Positions 1 to 16,900 of a stretch of 64,000 nucleotides of DNA are shown here, one piece after another. The notes under the pieces were generated by a model, which did not search any database, was not told the origin of the DNA, and was given only the letters and a program-made list of their open reading frames with translations. This stretch comes from Podarcis tiliguerta. Taxonomy: Eukaryota. The DNA lies in NCBI GenBank assembly GCA_965153285.1, contig OZ229123.1; one strand, given 5' to 3'. Every line of letters begins with the position of its first letter. Positions within the stretch are counted from its first letter, which is position 1. A program made the translations under genes and the position numbers.

Positions 1-126
1 AAAGCGTTACACAAATGCTTACCTACTATGATTGACAGGGAAAGAGACATGGTGGATATTTGGTTCTGTCTACTGTGACTGCAATTGTCAAGGGGTATCA
101 CATCAGAGCAGGTGAAGTCTACTCAC

Positions 127-4400
<4,274 letters not shown>

Positions 4401-4419
4401 TCAGGGCAGCTGAAGTTTT

Positions 4420-5740
4420 CCGCATCGCCGCCACCGAATGGGCCGCAAAAAACCGTCTTGGGGCGACTTTGCCGCCGCAGCCCCGGAAACTGTCAGCTTT
4501 CCCGACGAGGCGGGAGGGGGAGGGGGAAGAGAAAGAAGGATCCCAGGACCCTGAGCCTCTCGCCCCTCCCCGGGCGCTGCTGCTGCTTCCCGCAGGCCGC
4601 CGCCTCCTCCCTCCCCAAGTCCAACAACCGGGCGGGCGGGCGGGGGAAGGAGGTCGGAGGAGTACCGCGGCCTAGGAGTCCCGTGCGAGCCTTAAGAGCA
4701 TCGCCGCCGCCGCAGGAAGGCCCAGCCCGGCCCCGGAGCAACCAGCCCCGCCTCGGCGGAACACGGCTATGGGCCCGGCCCGGCCTTCTCCTCGCCCCGG
4801 AGGCGGAGCGCGAGCAGCCAGGCCTGACCTTGAGGGACCAGCGGGAGCCCCGGGAGGAGGCCGAGAAGGCGGCCGCTCCGCGGGCTGAGAGGCCTCCGCC
4901 GCGCGTTTCCCTCTCCGCCTCCGGGCTGCCTCTAGGCCCAGTCCGCCGCCGCCGCCTCCTCCGCTTCCCGCTCCTGCCCGCGGCCTCTTCCTAGGCGTCC
5001 TCCCGCCAAAGGCCTCACCGTGTAGCGGCCGCAGCAGCAGCTCCCGCGCGTGTCCCGGATTCAGGCGACGGCGGCGGCGGCGAATGACCCGGATGTTCCC
5101 TACTCGCCTCCCCCCCTTTTGTCTCAAGCCTGGACTTTCCCTCGCAGGAAGCGGAGCGCGTCGGCGCAGCCTGTCCCTCGGCGCGACCCGTCCGCCAAAC
5201 GGCGCCTGCGCGGTGCGCGCGCACTTCAGCGCCACAGCCAGGCCGGGAAGCTCAGAGCGGGCCGACTCTGCGCGGGTAGAGAAGTAGGTTCCGCCCAGGG
5301 GCGGAGCAAATTCTCCGCCAATCCACGGAGCTGGGCAACCGGTGAGCCCACCTCTGGGGGTGGGGCTGGTTGCCATGATGACGGGAGTCGCTCTAAGAAC
5401 CCGGATGGGGCTCGACTGCCCCTCCCCTTCCTCCCCATTGGAGCTTGGCTAGGAAGCTCCGCCCCCACAGCGGGCCACACGTGGAGAGCAGCGGGGCAAT
5501 CCTGCCAGATGGGGGAGGATAATAATAAAATATGTAATAAATGTAGTAGTAGTAGTAGTAATGCTGCGAGGCCAAGATGCGACCCTCCCTGCGCGACCAG
5601 AGCCGAAGAAGGGCGGGTGGGTTGGCTGGAGCAGCGAGGTTGGAAGCCGAACTCCGGCTGCGCCCTGAAGAGGCTGGGACACCGCTTCGACACCGCCCTG
5701 CAAGCGCAGCCCCGGCCGGCCCGAGAAACCAAGACCCACA
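4420..5740. promoter_or_regulatory. CpG island / UBE2I promoter
   Basis: GC- and CpG-dense block around the UBE2I 5' end, with GC boxes (ccgccc/gggcgg), CGGAAG-like ETS motifs and a CCAAT near 5318. Confidence 0.85.
5019..5160 (-). other. UBE2I: UBE2I putative non-coding first exon (5' end approximate)
   Basis: CG|gtgagg donor after 5019 inside the CpG island, upstream of the ATG exon. Confidence 0.6.
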
Positions 5741-5766
5741 ACGGCAGCTTTGTTAGAAAGGAGACG

Positions 5767-5772
5767 TTTATT
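5767..5772 (-). terminator. Candidate distal KCTD5 poly(A) signal AATAAA
   Basis: tttatt on + strand, preceded on the minus strand by U-rich and TGTA elements. Confidence 0.5.
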
Positions 5773-8700
5773 TCATGCACTTTACAAGGAGCGAGTGTAA
5801 CGAAACTTTTCTTTAAAACATCCACACATATCAGTAATATATTTGTTCCAGAAGTGACACATCCACCTGAAAACGAACTAGAGATGTCTCGAAAGGGACT
5901 CCTCTAAGAAATCTTTCATTTTGTTCTGCTCACAGCCAGGCCAAAAGTACAGAGGTGGGGAAGGGTGCAATGCCAGGTGTCAAACTGCTGCAGAAAGTAC
6001 TCTTCAAAGATAAAGAACTGGTGCAAAAAAGAACTATTGCTAATCCACTGTCTGGAAGATAAGATTGTACCACATTAAAAAAAAAATTTTTTTTAATGTA
6101 ATTGCTTCCCCCACCCTGGCAGAAAGCAAACTGGTGGGTTGGGGGGGGGGAGGCACAGGAAGAGCCTAATTTCAAACCAGCCTCTCCTCATCAATGTTTT
6201 AAACGGTCAACCTTTCCAGAGCACAGAGGAAGGCAGTGTGATGAACTCACCTCTCCTGTTGGTTGGTCTACCTGGGAAGTTTTAACGTAGGAAGAACTGT
6301 CCTGGATCAGACCAAAAGCCAACCAAGTACCCTTCCTGGGAAGCCCACTCATACTGCTGTAATTCAAAAGCACAGGAGTGCCTCTGCTCATGGATGCACT
6401 ACACAGCCCCCCTGACTAGTAGTAGCAATAATTCTAGGTTTGTAGTTATGTTTTAAAAAGTAAAGCATGCATCAAGTATTCGGATTTGCTTCCTGTCCAA
6501 GTGCACAGAAAATCTAGTCCTTTGTAAGCACAGTGAAAACACTGCCTTTGATAAACTTGGCCCCAAGCAATGACCTGTTTTCTACCCTATGGAAGGACAG
6601 AAAACATACTTTTCCACACATGACAATTCAGTTTTGTAAATGATTGAATGTTCACAAGCAAATGCATCTTCTTGATTAGGGCCCCACTGAGATGCAAGCA
6701 AACTTTCATTAACTTGCATTCAAGTTCTGTGGAAAGGCCAGCCCTTGACATTCCTACTGCATGGCAATTACAGCCAGGTAGCCCTTTCAGCCCTCGTTTT
6801 TGGAGCAAGTTGTCACAAGGCTTGAGGCACCCATGTTTCCCTAAGTAAGTGCATTACCAACATCTTAGACGGCAGCTCTAAAGCAGGATTCAGAGATGAC
6901 CAAGATAGTGAAGGAGCACTGAATAAGCAAAGAACCACTTCAAGGCTTGTTTCAAATCCATTTTCTGTTTGCAAGCAGGTAAAGTAGCCCAGGCTGTGAA
7001 AAATATCTCAGTTCAGCAACAGCACTAAAAATGGAATTTGAAGGAAGGTCCAAGAAGTAGACAAAGACTGAACTTGGACTACAGCCTTTCAAAGGAACTA
7101 AATTTCTCCTTGAATTCAGCTGTTAACTCACATGCAGGGAACTATTGGTTTTAAGCCAGAGGGAGTCCATGCATCTCTTTCTGATGCCATACCAGTCCTA
7201 CCCTCTTGACGGTGACTGATTTTGGCTGTCTGCAAGGGAACCCCTACATACAAGTAGCAATTGCACAGAATCCCTGATGGTGTGGATGTCCTATGTGTGA
7301 GCATAGTTTGGCCCTAGTCCTATATCAGTGCGCCAGATCATTTGCTCCAGAGACCAGCATACTAGCAGAAAGAACCCTGCAATGAAACAGAGGCAACAGC
7401 TGCCACGCCTGGGGTAGGAGAGCATGCGCATGTTTGGCAACACTCAACTTTGTTAAGTGGCAGCTCTGACAGTGAGAAAGGAGTGTTCTCTCTCCCACCC
7501 TCTACAAGGACACAGCAGGCCTCGGGTCAATCTCTCCTCTTGCGACAAAAACAATTTTCTCCACTCATTCTACCCACTTTTTACTAAAATATGTGAGAGT
7601 CAGGGAATGACAGCATCCAGGTGTCAGGCCATGGTTGTATGTGTGCCTCTAAGCTTAACTTTCTTGCAGGGGGAAGTGTCTGAGATGGGGTATGTTTTTT
7701 CCAGACTGAATGACAGCTTATGGCAGCAAGGGATGGGACAGACAAGACAGCTGCATGGCTAAATGAGCACAGATGTAACTGAAGCATCTATCTCTTTTGT
7801 TGTCAGGGATCATTGCAGGGCCTCTTGCGCCTTGAGAATCAATGATCCCTTCGGGGGGGGGGGCAGGCCTTCAAGCCCCTTGTTTACATGAGAAACTTCA
7901 CATTTGCTCTACCCACCCCCTTTTAAATAAATAACTGACATTTCTTTTTAAAAACTGAATAAAATGAAGGCGAAGCTGAGCCTAAACTACAGCTGAGCAG
8001 TGCAACAAAAGTTGTCTGTGCCCACTTTAGTTTTTCAGTGGGAGTGGAAAAGTTTGCCTTTTTAAGCTGCTGAAATCTATCCAGTTCTCCAAGGGGGGGA
8101 TGTAATTTGCATAATGCATAGAGACACTGACACACTGAAGTGAGGAAAGTGGCAAGTGGCTGAAAGGAGCACCTGTTCTCTCCCCTTAAAAACGTGAGCA
8201 AAGAAGCAGAAGGCACCTGGGTAGCCCTTTACCTCCTGTCCTCTACACTTCATGGTATAGGGTTTTTGGTACAATCTAAAATTTGTACCAAAGAAAGTGA
8301 TCTTCTGCAGTGCCAATTTAAATACTTCCCCTGATTTTTAAAAGATACCTGGCTTCCAAGTTTCAGGAGCCTACAGACAAGTAACAAAGGGAAAAGGAGA
8401 GAATAAAAGGCCTGAGGTGGCAGCTCTGGGAGACAGAAGCAGAGCCACAAAGGATAGGAAAGCCTAGTCTGGCACCCACTTGCTTTCTGAGCTCTCCTCT
8501 CACTGCCTACATTACCCATCACGAGGGCAAGAAACCTGTATTTTGTCTTAAGCCAACAATGGAAGCTGAGGTTCTCAACATGCTAAGCTTTATACCACAG
8601 ACCACATTCCACAATCATGAAGAATACAAAGAGATTCCACACTTGCAAGATTAAATCCTAGGATGCAACTTAAATTTCATACTGTTCAACATGCTAAAAC

Positions 8701-10514
8701 TTTTTCTGCATTCAGTAAGAAGCCAAACCAATGAAGAGAGAAAACCTTGCCTGCAGCCAAAATCATCACACTGACAGATGCTGGCTTCAGCCCCTTCCAA
8801 AGTGTCTCCTGACGCTTTCTGGCTTTAAAGTCAGAGGGGGAACAAGAGGAACATCAAAAATCCCCTCCTCCAAGGAAATAAGGGGACAGTGGCAGCAAGG
8901 TGGGAAATCCCACCCCAAAGCAGCAAACACGTTCACTGGCCACTTGATGGACAGAGTGGCTGCTTCTGTGCTCCACCTCCTTCCACTCACCATGTTTTGC
9001 TGCTGCCCCCTCTCAAGCCTGAAATTTGTGTCAGTCAAATCCTTTGCTACTTACAGCAAAAACATTCAAAGGCAGTTTCTGGACAGGCATGTGCACCACC
9101 TTTAAGGAAAGGCTGTTTGGAGTTGGAGGCCTTTCAAGTCAGTCACTCAGGCTGCCCTGGCAGAATGCGTCACAGTAACGGTGGGGCCTGAAGGAGAACA
9201 AGGCCTGTTCAGCCGATTCAAGAGCCATCTTTGCATCTGCATATATGTGTGCGTGCACACACACATGCACACGCAGACACACTCGCAGTAACATTTCTTT
9301 CTACGTACACGAAATGTGATCTCTTAGCACATTGGCGTTCGCTTTACAGTAATCAAACACAGATGCCTAAAAAAGTATAAAAGTAGAAACATTTCACCCT
9401 TCAGAAGAATTACATTTTAGTAAATTCATTTCAATGCTAACATCTTAAAAAAGACAAACGGATTACTCAATGTTGAGGAGGGCCTTGCAACTTTCTGTGC
9501 AGACCAGTCTCCATGGCAAAAGACAAAGGGCCCACTTGCTGATCTACTGGGCAGAAAAGGTTTGCCAAAAACCAGATCAAAAATGCAGGCAGACAAGGGA
9601 TGCTCAAGATTGTGAGGACTCCACACATCTGAATGGAAAAGGAAGGGGTGTGTATACACACAGCTTCTGTGAGTTGCTTAATGAAAGTTAAAATATAGGT
9701 AGCATGTTAAGAGAGCCTCAGACAAGCAAGGGCTCCTCTCTGTGCTCTATGAAGCAGAGAGATCTGTATATACTCCTTTAAACCTATTTTCAAAAGACAT
9801 GCTAATGGTTTCATTTAAACACAGTACACTAAAAAGCTCCAGTTGTGTTTCTTCACATTTACCACAAGCCTCTCTCAATGAAACCACAAGTGTTATTGAC
9901 AGTACTTGCCAAACATCAGAAGGAACTGCATAGATAAGAGAATGTAGAAATGACTGTAAACATCTGTTAAAGAATCACAATAATTCCTGCCTTCAGCTGC
10001 ACAAACTCTGATGCTTTTGAGCACAGAGATTCTCATTCCCAGCCTTCATGATGGAGCACCCATGAAGACTCAACCCCCATGTCTATCTTCAGTGCTGTGA
10101 GTCCACGGGGGTAGCAATACTTGCAGGCATTTCTAAAAACAAAGAACGCAACTTTGGTGTGTGTGTGTTTTCGTGTGTGCACACATGTGTGCAAGGCAAG
10201 GTATTTGCCATATTATTTTTGTTTAACTGGGGCTTCAATCCTAAAGTGTAGCTAAAATTGGAGGTTAACCTTTGCAGGAGCAAGTTACCTGGAGAGGAAG
10301 GCTGTCCCTAGAGATGTGGGCAAAATAAGACCTTCTTCCCAAGAAGAGAATACCCTCTGGGTACTGAAGCAAGCAGGGTCGGGAGGGGGAAGAAGATGCA
10401 CCCCTCCCTTAGTCTGGGCTAGTGCATTCTTACAATAGATCCCCAAGGAATGTACAGCAGCCGCCACAGTCAACTGGAGCTGCTTAAGGATGTCTGCCCA
10501 CATGTGGGCTGTAA

Positions 10515-10520
10515 TTTATT
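10515..10520 (-). terminator. Candidate proximal KCTD5 poly(A) signal AATAAA
   Basis: tttatt on + strand ~350 nt after the KCTD5 stop. Confidence 0.35.
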
Positions 10521-10871
10521 CATAGCACCAAGTATGTTGACCTTGAACTGCCTACAATTATTAAAACCCAAATTGTTTCCCTACAATCAGCAAAGCATCG
10601 CTATATCTTTTCGGAAGGAAAGCATAGAGTGAAGTCAAATCTTCTTTCCATGGGATTAAGATCAGCACAACCGGGCACCAGAGCCAACACAACCCTTCTT
10701 GCTGCTGAAGGCAGGCGTCTGCAAGCAGCCAGCTTCAGCTGCAGCACCACCTTCAGGGTTCAAAATCCAGAACTACAGAAATGGTCTGAACAAGCGACAT
10801 CCTCTTGGTGCCAAGCCTCTTCGTGTGGCAATGCAAAGGAAAACTTGTCAGCATTCAATACTGGGGCACAG

Positions 10872-10901
10872 TTACATCCTTGAACCTCGCTCCTGCAAGA
10901 T
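10872..10901 (-). CDS. KCTD5: KCTD5 exon 6 (terminal coding part, ILQERGSRM*)
   Basis: ttccag|ATC...ATG TAA. Confidence 0.93.
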   Translation of the reverse strand: MLQERGSRM

Positions 10902-13900
10902 CTGGAAGGAAACAAACAAAAAGTGGTGAGATTCTGCATGGTAAGGTTCTCCAGCAAGACTCACACAGTGGAAAGACTCCGGCATTCTTGAAGGCAAAAC
11001 CTTAAAACGGGCAAACAAACTGATTTTGTTCTCTGACGCAAGACACCTTGGCACATGATGGTGAACTAGGCAGTCAGCTGCTACTCAAAACATAGGAAGT
11101 TAATTAAGGGAACTGCCAACAGGCCAGACTCACCCATTGCCTACAAAACTAGCTAGGCTAGTTGTGGATTAAAAAACGGGCCATTTATGCAATCAACAGC
11201 TCATTTTGCTGATTATGTTCTCACTAAGCATTAGTGGTGTTTGAGAGTGGAATGGATTCCCTCGGAAGGTGTGGGCTCTTCTTCCTTGGAGGTTTTCAAG
11301 CAGAGGTTGGATGGCCATCTGTCAGGGATTCTTCAACTGTGATTCCTGCATTGCAGGGGGTTGGACTAAATGACCCTTGGAGATCCATTTCCAACTCTAC
11401 AATTCTATGACTCTATAGCATTTATTAGTATGATGTTTGAAATCTGCAAGTAGGGGCGCAGCTACTGGAAATCCCCCTCCCCTCCGAAAGGTTAATTCAA
11501 GTGAACAACAGTTGTAGATCACAACCTGAGGCTGCAGAACCATGCCTGCCTGGGTTCTTTGCTCCAGTTTTGATGCCCTCCCTTTAGTGCTTGTTTTACT
11601 GTTTTTCAAGCAGTGAGGATGTCTTCAGTGGCGAGTGTGCTAGATTTAAAGTTTCTAATACAGTGCAGCCTGTCAACCTTTTCCAAAGAAAGATGTACTA
11701 ATACCCCACTTTCCGGTGTGTCCAGTCATCAGTCTCTTAGTTTGCGTATATACAATATTGAAGGATTATGCACTTTAATTGGGAGGGGGTACACTTCACT
11801 CTCCTCTTTGAGGCAGAAATGTGTAGCACATTTTAAGACAATTGTAAGGTCCCTCTATCAAATTTTCAGCAATTGGGATCTAGTTCCTGAGATTTAATAG
11901 TTCCATGGTATAACTTCACACTCTTAAGGAAATATGTGTAAATATCCTGGCTTCATAGATTTTTCTAGCAATTAAGTATCCTGCCCTGTATCAGGGTTGG
12001 AGAACCCTTTTGGCTACCTCCTCCCTGCCTGGAACCTGGGTGATGATGACATCAACTACTAGAAGAAACCACCATAAAACTCCAAGTCACTTTGGAGATA
12101 CCTTGGCCAAGAACAAGAAATAAAGGGGTTGCTGTGGCAGGCTGTGCACTCTGACACTTCACAGGTGGCCTCGGCTGCCCATAAGCTGCTGCCTTCCTCC
12201 TCGCCTGGGGATGAGCAGTACAGATCAGAGGTACTTTTCAGCCTTCAACTGAAGGACCTGGGAAGGGCACCCAAAGAGCCACATTCCAGGCCACTATCTG
12301 TGTTGCTTGAGGAGGACGAGGACTAAGGAGAACCCAGTGGCTCTGCCAGAGAATCAAGGAGCCTCACTCCTTGGCTTCACCAAGCAAGGATAAGATAGTT
12401 CAAATAATAACATGAACCATTATTATCTTTAAAGACCCTTATCTGCTTAATAGCACTGGCATGTTGGGAAACCAAAACATCTCAGGGCAAAATACCCCTT
12501 GTAGCCAACACAGTGTGTGTTGTTGTTTCAGCACTGCGTCATTTGGCCAGCAACACCTGCAGTTTCCACTAGGCCTCTTCCTCATCCAAAGAATTCCCAG
12601 GGACCTTCTCTGTAAAATCCTCACCTGTTTCTCCTCTTTGCATCAGCACTGATGAAAATGGATAGTGTTGGCCTTGAACAGGGACAAATCCCCACTCAGG
12701 GCAAGCAGGGGAAAACACAACATGCCTTGCTTTTACTAGACTGTCGCTGGGGAAATAAGAGTCAACAACACACCAGCTGCATTAAAAACAACTCAGGACC
12801 TTGATTGTGGAATCCACTAGGTAGCTCAAGGCCAGTCCCTCACACAGTAATGCAGGGCTTTATATACTTGGAGGAAGGGCACATTACGGGTGTGTGAAGC
12901 ACAGGGAATTTCCAGCCCATCCCAGTGCTGCTTTCAGGTAGAGCTGCCATTGGAAAAGTTCACACCTCCTGACTCAGACTCCTGGCACCCTTCTCCCCAC
13001 CTCTTTCATCATGGCAAAACAGGGAAGGTGTACACACTTATAGTCTGCTCACTCAGCAAAAGAACCAGACCAACTTTCTGCTACAGCTCTGGCAGCCATG
13101 GCAACAATCCTTCTGCTCTTTTTTAATCGTTAGGCCAGTCTTGAGGCTGGCCTGCAAACATGAGGCTGTTCCCTCCAGAAAGCGAAGAACCAAGATTATT
13201 TTTGAGCAGGAGACTCCTCTTGGAAGGAACCTGCTGGATCTAGTCCACTATCCTGTTATCACAGTGATCAACCACTGTGAAGCTCACAAGCAGAATATCA
13301 GTACAACAGGTGCACCATCTTCCCACTTACGCTCCCCAGCAACTGCCTCCAATACTGGCTATGGGCCTCATAGCTATCTACAGTCTCCTCCTCCTCCTCC
13401 ATAAATCTGTCTAACCCTCTTTCAAAGCCATCATCTTGCAGGAGTGTGCACTGTGTTAGGAAGCACTTCCTTTTCTCTATCCCGAATCTTCCAGCATGCA
13501 GCTTCCTTGATGACCCCTCTGAATTCTAGCATTATGAGGGAGAAAGAAACTCTATCCACTTTCTCCACAAACACAGAGTTCTTTCCAATTTGTTTCCCCT
13601 GCTCTCATAGCAGATGTGAAGTCTGCACCCAAACTTAAAGAGAAAGCAATTGTAGACATCTGATTGAAGACTATGTTTCATGGCATGCAATCTGGAATTC
13701 CTGAAGGCGTACTAGTTTAAAAAAGAAAAGAGCAAGCAACCCAAAGTCTGTGGCCATCATAGGAAGGCGACTGCAACTCAGACCTTTTGGCCCCTACCTT
13801 CCCCTGGTTTTCTAAAGTGAAAAGCAGATGGGTTCCCTGGTGGAGTCTTGCTTTCCTCTCTGTGAGAAGAGCCACAAAAACACATTTCCTCTGAAGAGGA

Positions 13901-16900
13901 CCAACAGCAGCAGGAAGTAAAGGAGCCAACACACAAGTGGACCACTAGGCAGTCTAGGGGCCTACGGCTACCCAGCAACAGGGTCAAGGCAGCAACTACA
14001 AACACAAAACAAGATGCACCAGTGGGAGAGGCCAGAGGGAGGACAGGCAGGTGGGTGAAGTCCTAGTGCTCACCATGGCATTCACACTTAATCTGAGTCA
14101 TTCATATCGTAATCCGTCTCTTCGTCTTCACTCTGAGTTTCATGAAGCAAGTGCAAAGAGCAGGAAGGAAAGGAAAAGAAAAGAGTGCAAGGTGAGTAAA
14201 GTATAAACGTCCCCATGCTGCCTGAGAGAGGATTCAAGGCTTCTGCTTGGTGATCTTTGGACAACTGGCCCATTCACTTCAACAGCTGCCCTACACAAGT
14301 AGATTGAGGAAAGAGATCTGGAAAAGTCTGGCCTGGATTTGTCTTAGCAAGAGACTTCTGTCCAAGCCAGCCCCTGAATTGCGAAGCGTGACCCAGAAGA
14401 GTCTTCTGCGAGTTGATCACAGAAGCAATCCGACAGTGCAGCCAGCCAGTCAATCAATCGCTGGAAGAACAGCTACAACGCAAGGAAAAAGCCACCACAG
14501 TGTGAAGAGGGCAAACCACCACTGAAAACAGCTGTCAAGCTGCCAAGCAGCAGCAAAACACCCATATCCAGTGTCAAGGACCCTCTGGCACAGCAAGGGA
14601 CATGGCGCACGGGGCTGCAATAGGTGGGTGTGTTGAAAATGGAGTGCCTCACCTTGCACTAGAGTAAGTCACTGGTTACCATCCCATAGGTTTCACATCC
14701 AGAAGAGGCAAATAGTTTATGGTCAAATCCCACCTTTTGGTGGCTATGTGCTTTCATGTGAAAGCAGTTTAGTAACTTTCTGGGTGTCTGGCTCAGATGC
14801 TGTAATTCCATATTCCCTCTTCCTTTTGTGTAACTTCCCCCAACCAACTTTTTTTGGTTAATCAATATTTAATTGGGCATGGGAGCCCGAGTTGTTTTTT
14901 TGTTGATATATTTAAAAGCAAACTCTTAAGGATGTGCATAAGAGCCACCTCTCTCTTCAAAAGAACTCAGAGAGATGCCTGTCCCTTTGCCCTGTGTCCC
15001 AGCCACCATCACCCCACCCCCATACAACCTTTCTTGATAAACATCCAAACAGTTTCTTAGCTGGTTAGCAGTTGCTCTGCAGGGTGTGAGCTGGAGAGCA
15101 CTCATGCCTGCAAGGACACCTGGATTCCACCTCGTGTGCCAGAGGTCTTGTTGCACTATGACTGGCCATTAGTGAAGATGCAAGAAGCTGGGCTTTCTCG
15201 TGTCTGTCGGCTCTGCCCTGCACCTTTACTAATTCACCCAACTCCAACATCATCTTCCTCCTTCTCAACAGGCACAAATCCCAGCATGGCCACTTCTCTC
15301 TAGCATGCAAATGCCACACAATTCAAGAGTGCCAGATGAACACAAAAGACCTTGCCTGCTATCTGTGCCCTCTTCATTAATTCAGGAGTTCATGCAAGGA
15401 TCTTGAAGCTTAGATCTTTCTGAACATAACTATAGCATCTGGCACATCATTTGCACCTTCAGAAACAATCACTCTACAATCTCGCTGTCTGTTTACAAAG
15501 CCAAAGGCCAAGGGAAAGCATAAGGTAGAGAGTGAAATAGGACAGTGATACAGAAATCGCACATTTGCTTCCAAGCTGCCTGGCACACTGTTTGCCAGCT
15601 TCTTGGACAACAGCAGCAGCAGCTTCATTTAAAAAGGTGCAGATGGATGGAAGATGAAGGGCCCAGCGCAAGGGGCAGGGCAGAGAGGATCTCCCAGGGA
15701 GGGAGGCTGGGGAAAGAAGAGGAAGCTCCCAGGTGGGAGGGTTCACCCGTCTGTGTGTGGAATAAAGGTTAAGATATAATTATGATAGAGAAGCTTGTTT
15801 TTTTTCCCCTTCTTCTCTTCATTTTCTACTTCTTTACTGTCCTCTTTTGTGTGCCTATTTATCTTCTTTTGATTAGTTTGGCTTTCATTATATTTTATGT
15901 TGAAAACTCAATGAAAAATGTGCAGAGAGGGCTGGCATTAACTTATGCCCATGGCACGAGTGTGTTAATTAACAATTATGCAAGCATGGTGTATGACACC
16001 AGAACCTTGGTTCATCTCAGTCGACTGTAGCCTCGCATAGGCCTGATGCATCTTGGGACATATGCCCCTTTGCCTTTCTCTCCCCCATCCCCCGGAATTC
16101 TGACCCTTTTGTCTCTACTGAATGCCACATGACATGAACACAGACATCCTGATTTTAACCGCAGCAGAGCAGCCAGACAATAACATTGGCAACCAAGGGC
16201 AGGGCCTCTAATTATAGTCGTGTCAGCAGAGTGCTTTCACAGGCCAGAGGGAAATTTCTCGCCATGATTTATGGAAAAGCTAGGAGTAGATCAAGGGACT
16301 GTTTAACTCAGAGGAGCTGACAGCCGGAATTGGGTTCCACGTCGGCCCCAGGACAGGAGATATTAGCCACACACCGGACTCTCACTACTTTCTCGAAAGT
16401 AAGAACATCATTGACATTATTGATCAAGTTTCACTAAAAGTGTATTTCAGTAGCAAGCCTTGCATGGGGCAGGGTATCTTCATACAGTTAACAGCAATGA
16501 AATGGACAGAAGCCTAAAATGGCTTATGAAGGCACCTCAGTGCTCTATCACACCCAAGGCAGGTTTACTGTTGCTCCTGCATAAGAGGTGTGATGTTGGA
16601 GTCTCCTTTTTCCACAACTGCTCAGTGTGCTCATGTGTGTCTTCTGCTTGGACACCTGAGAAAGGGTGGGCAGAGGATACCCAAGCAAGCTCCTTTCTTA
16701 GCAGCAACTGGCAAACAACCTTTGATGGCAGAGGAAGGCAGCAGCTGGGCCTTGCTCCACCCTGAAGATGACTCACCTTTGCCTTTTCGCTGGGCTCACT
16801 GGCCGTGCCATAAGGGGTGTTGTGCAGCTCCTTGGAAACAACACAAAGGAATTCGGCCTGGTCTTCATTCCCATAGTTATAGGAAGATCCAATGCTGACT

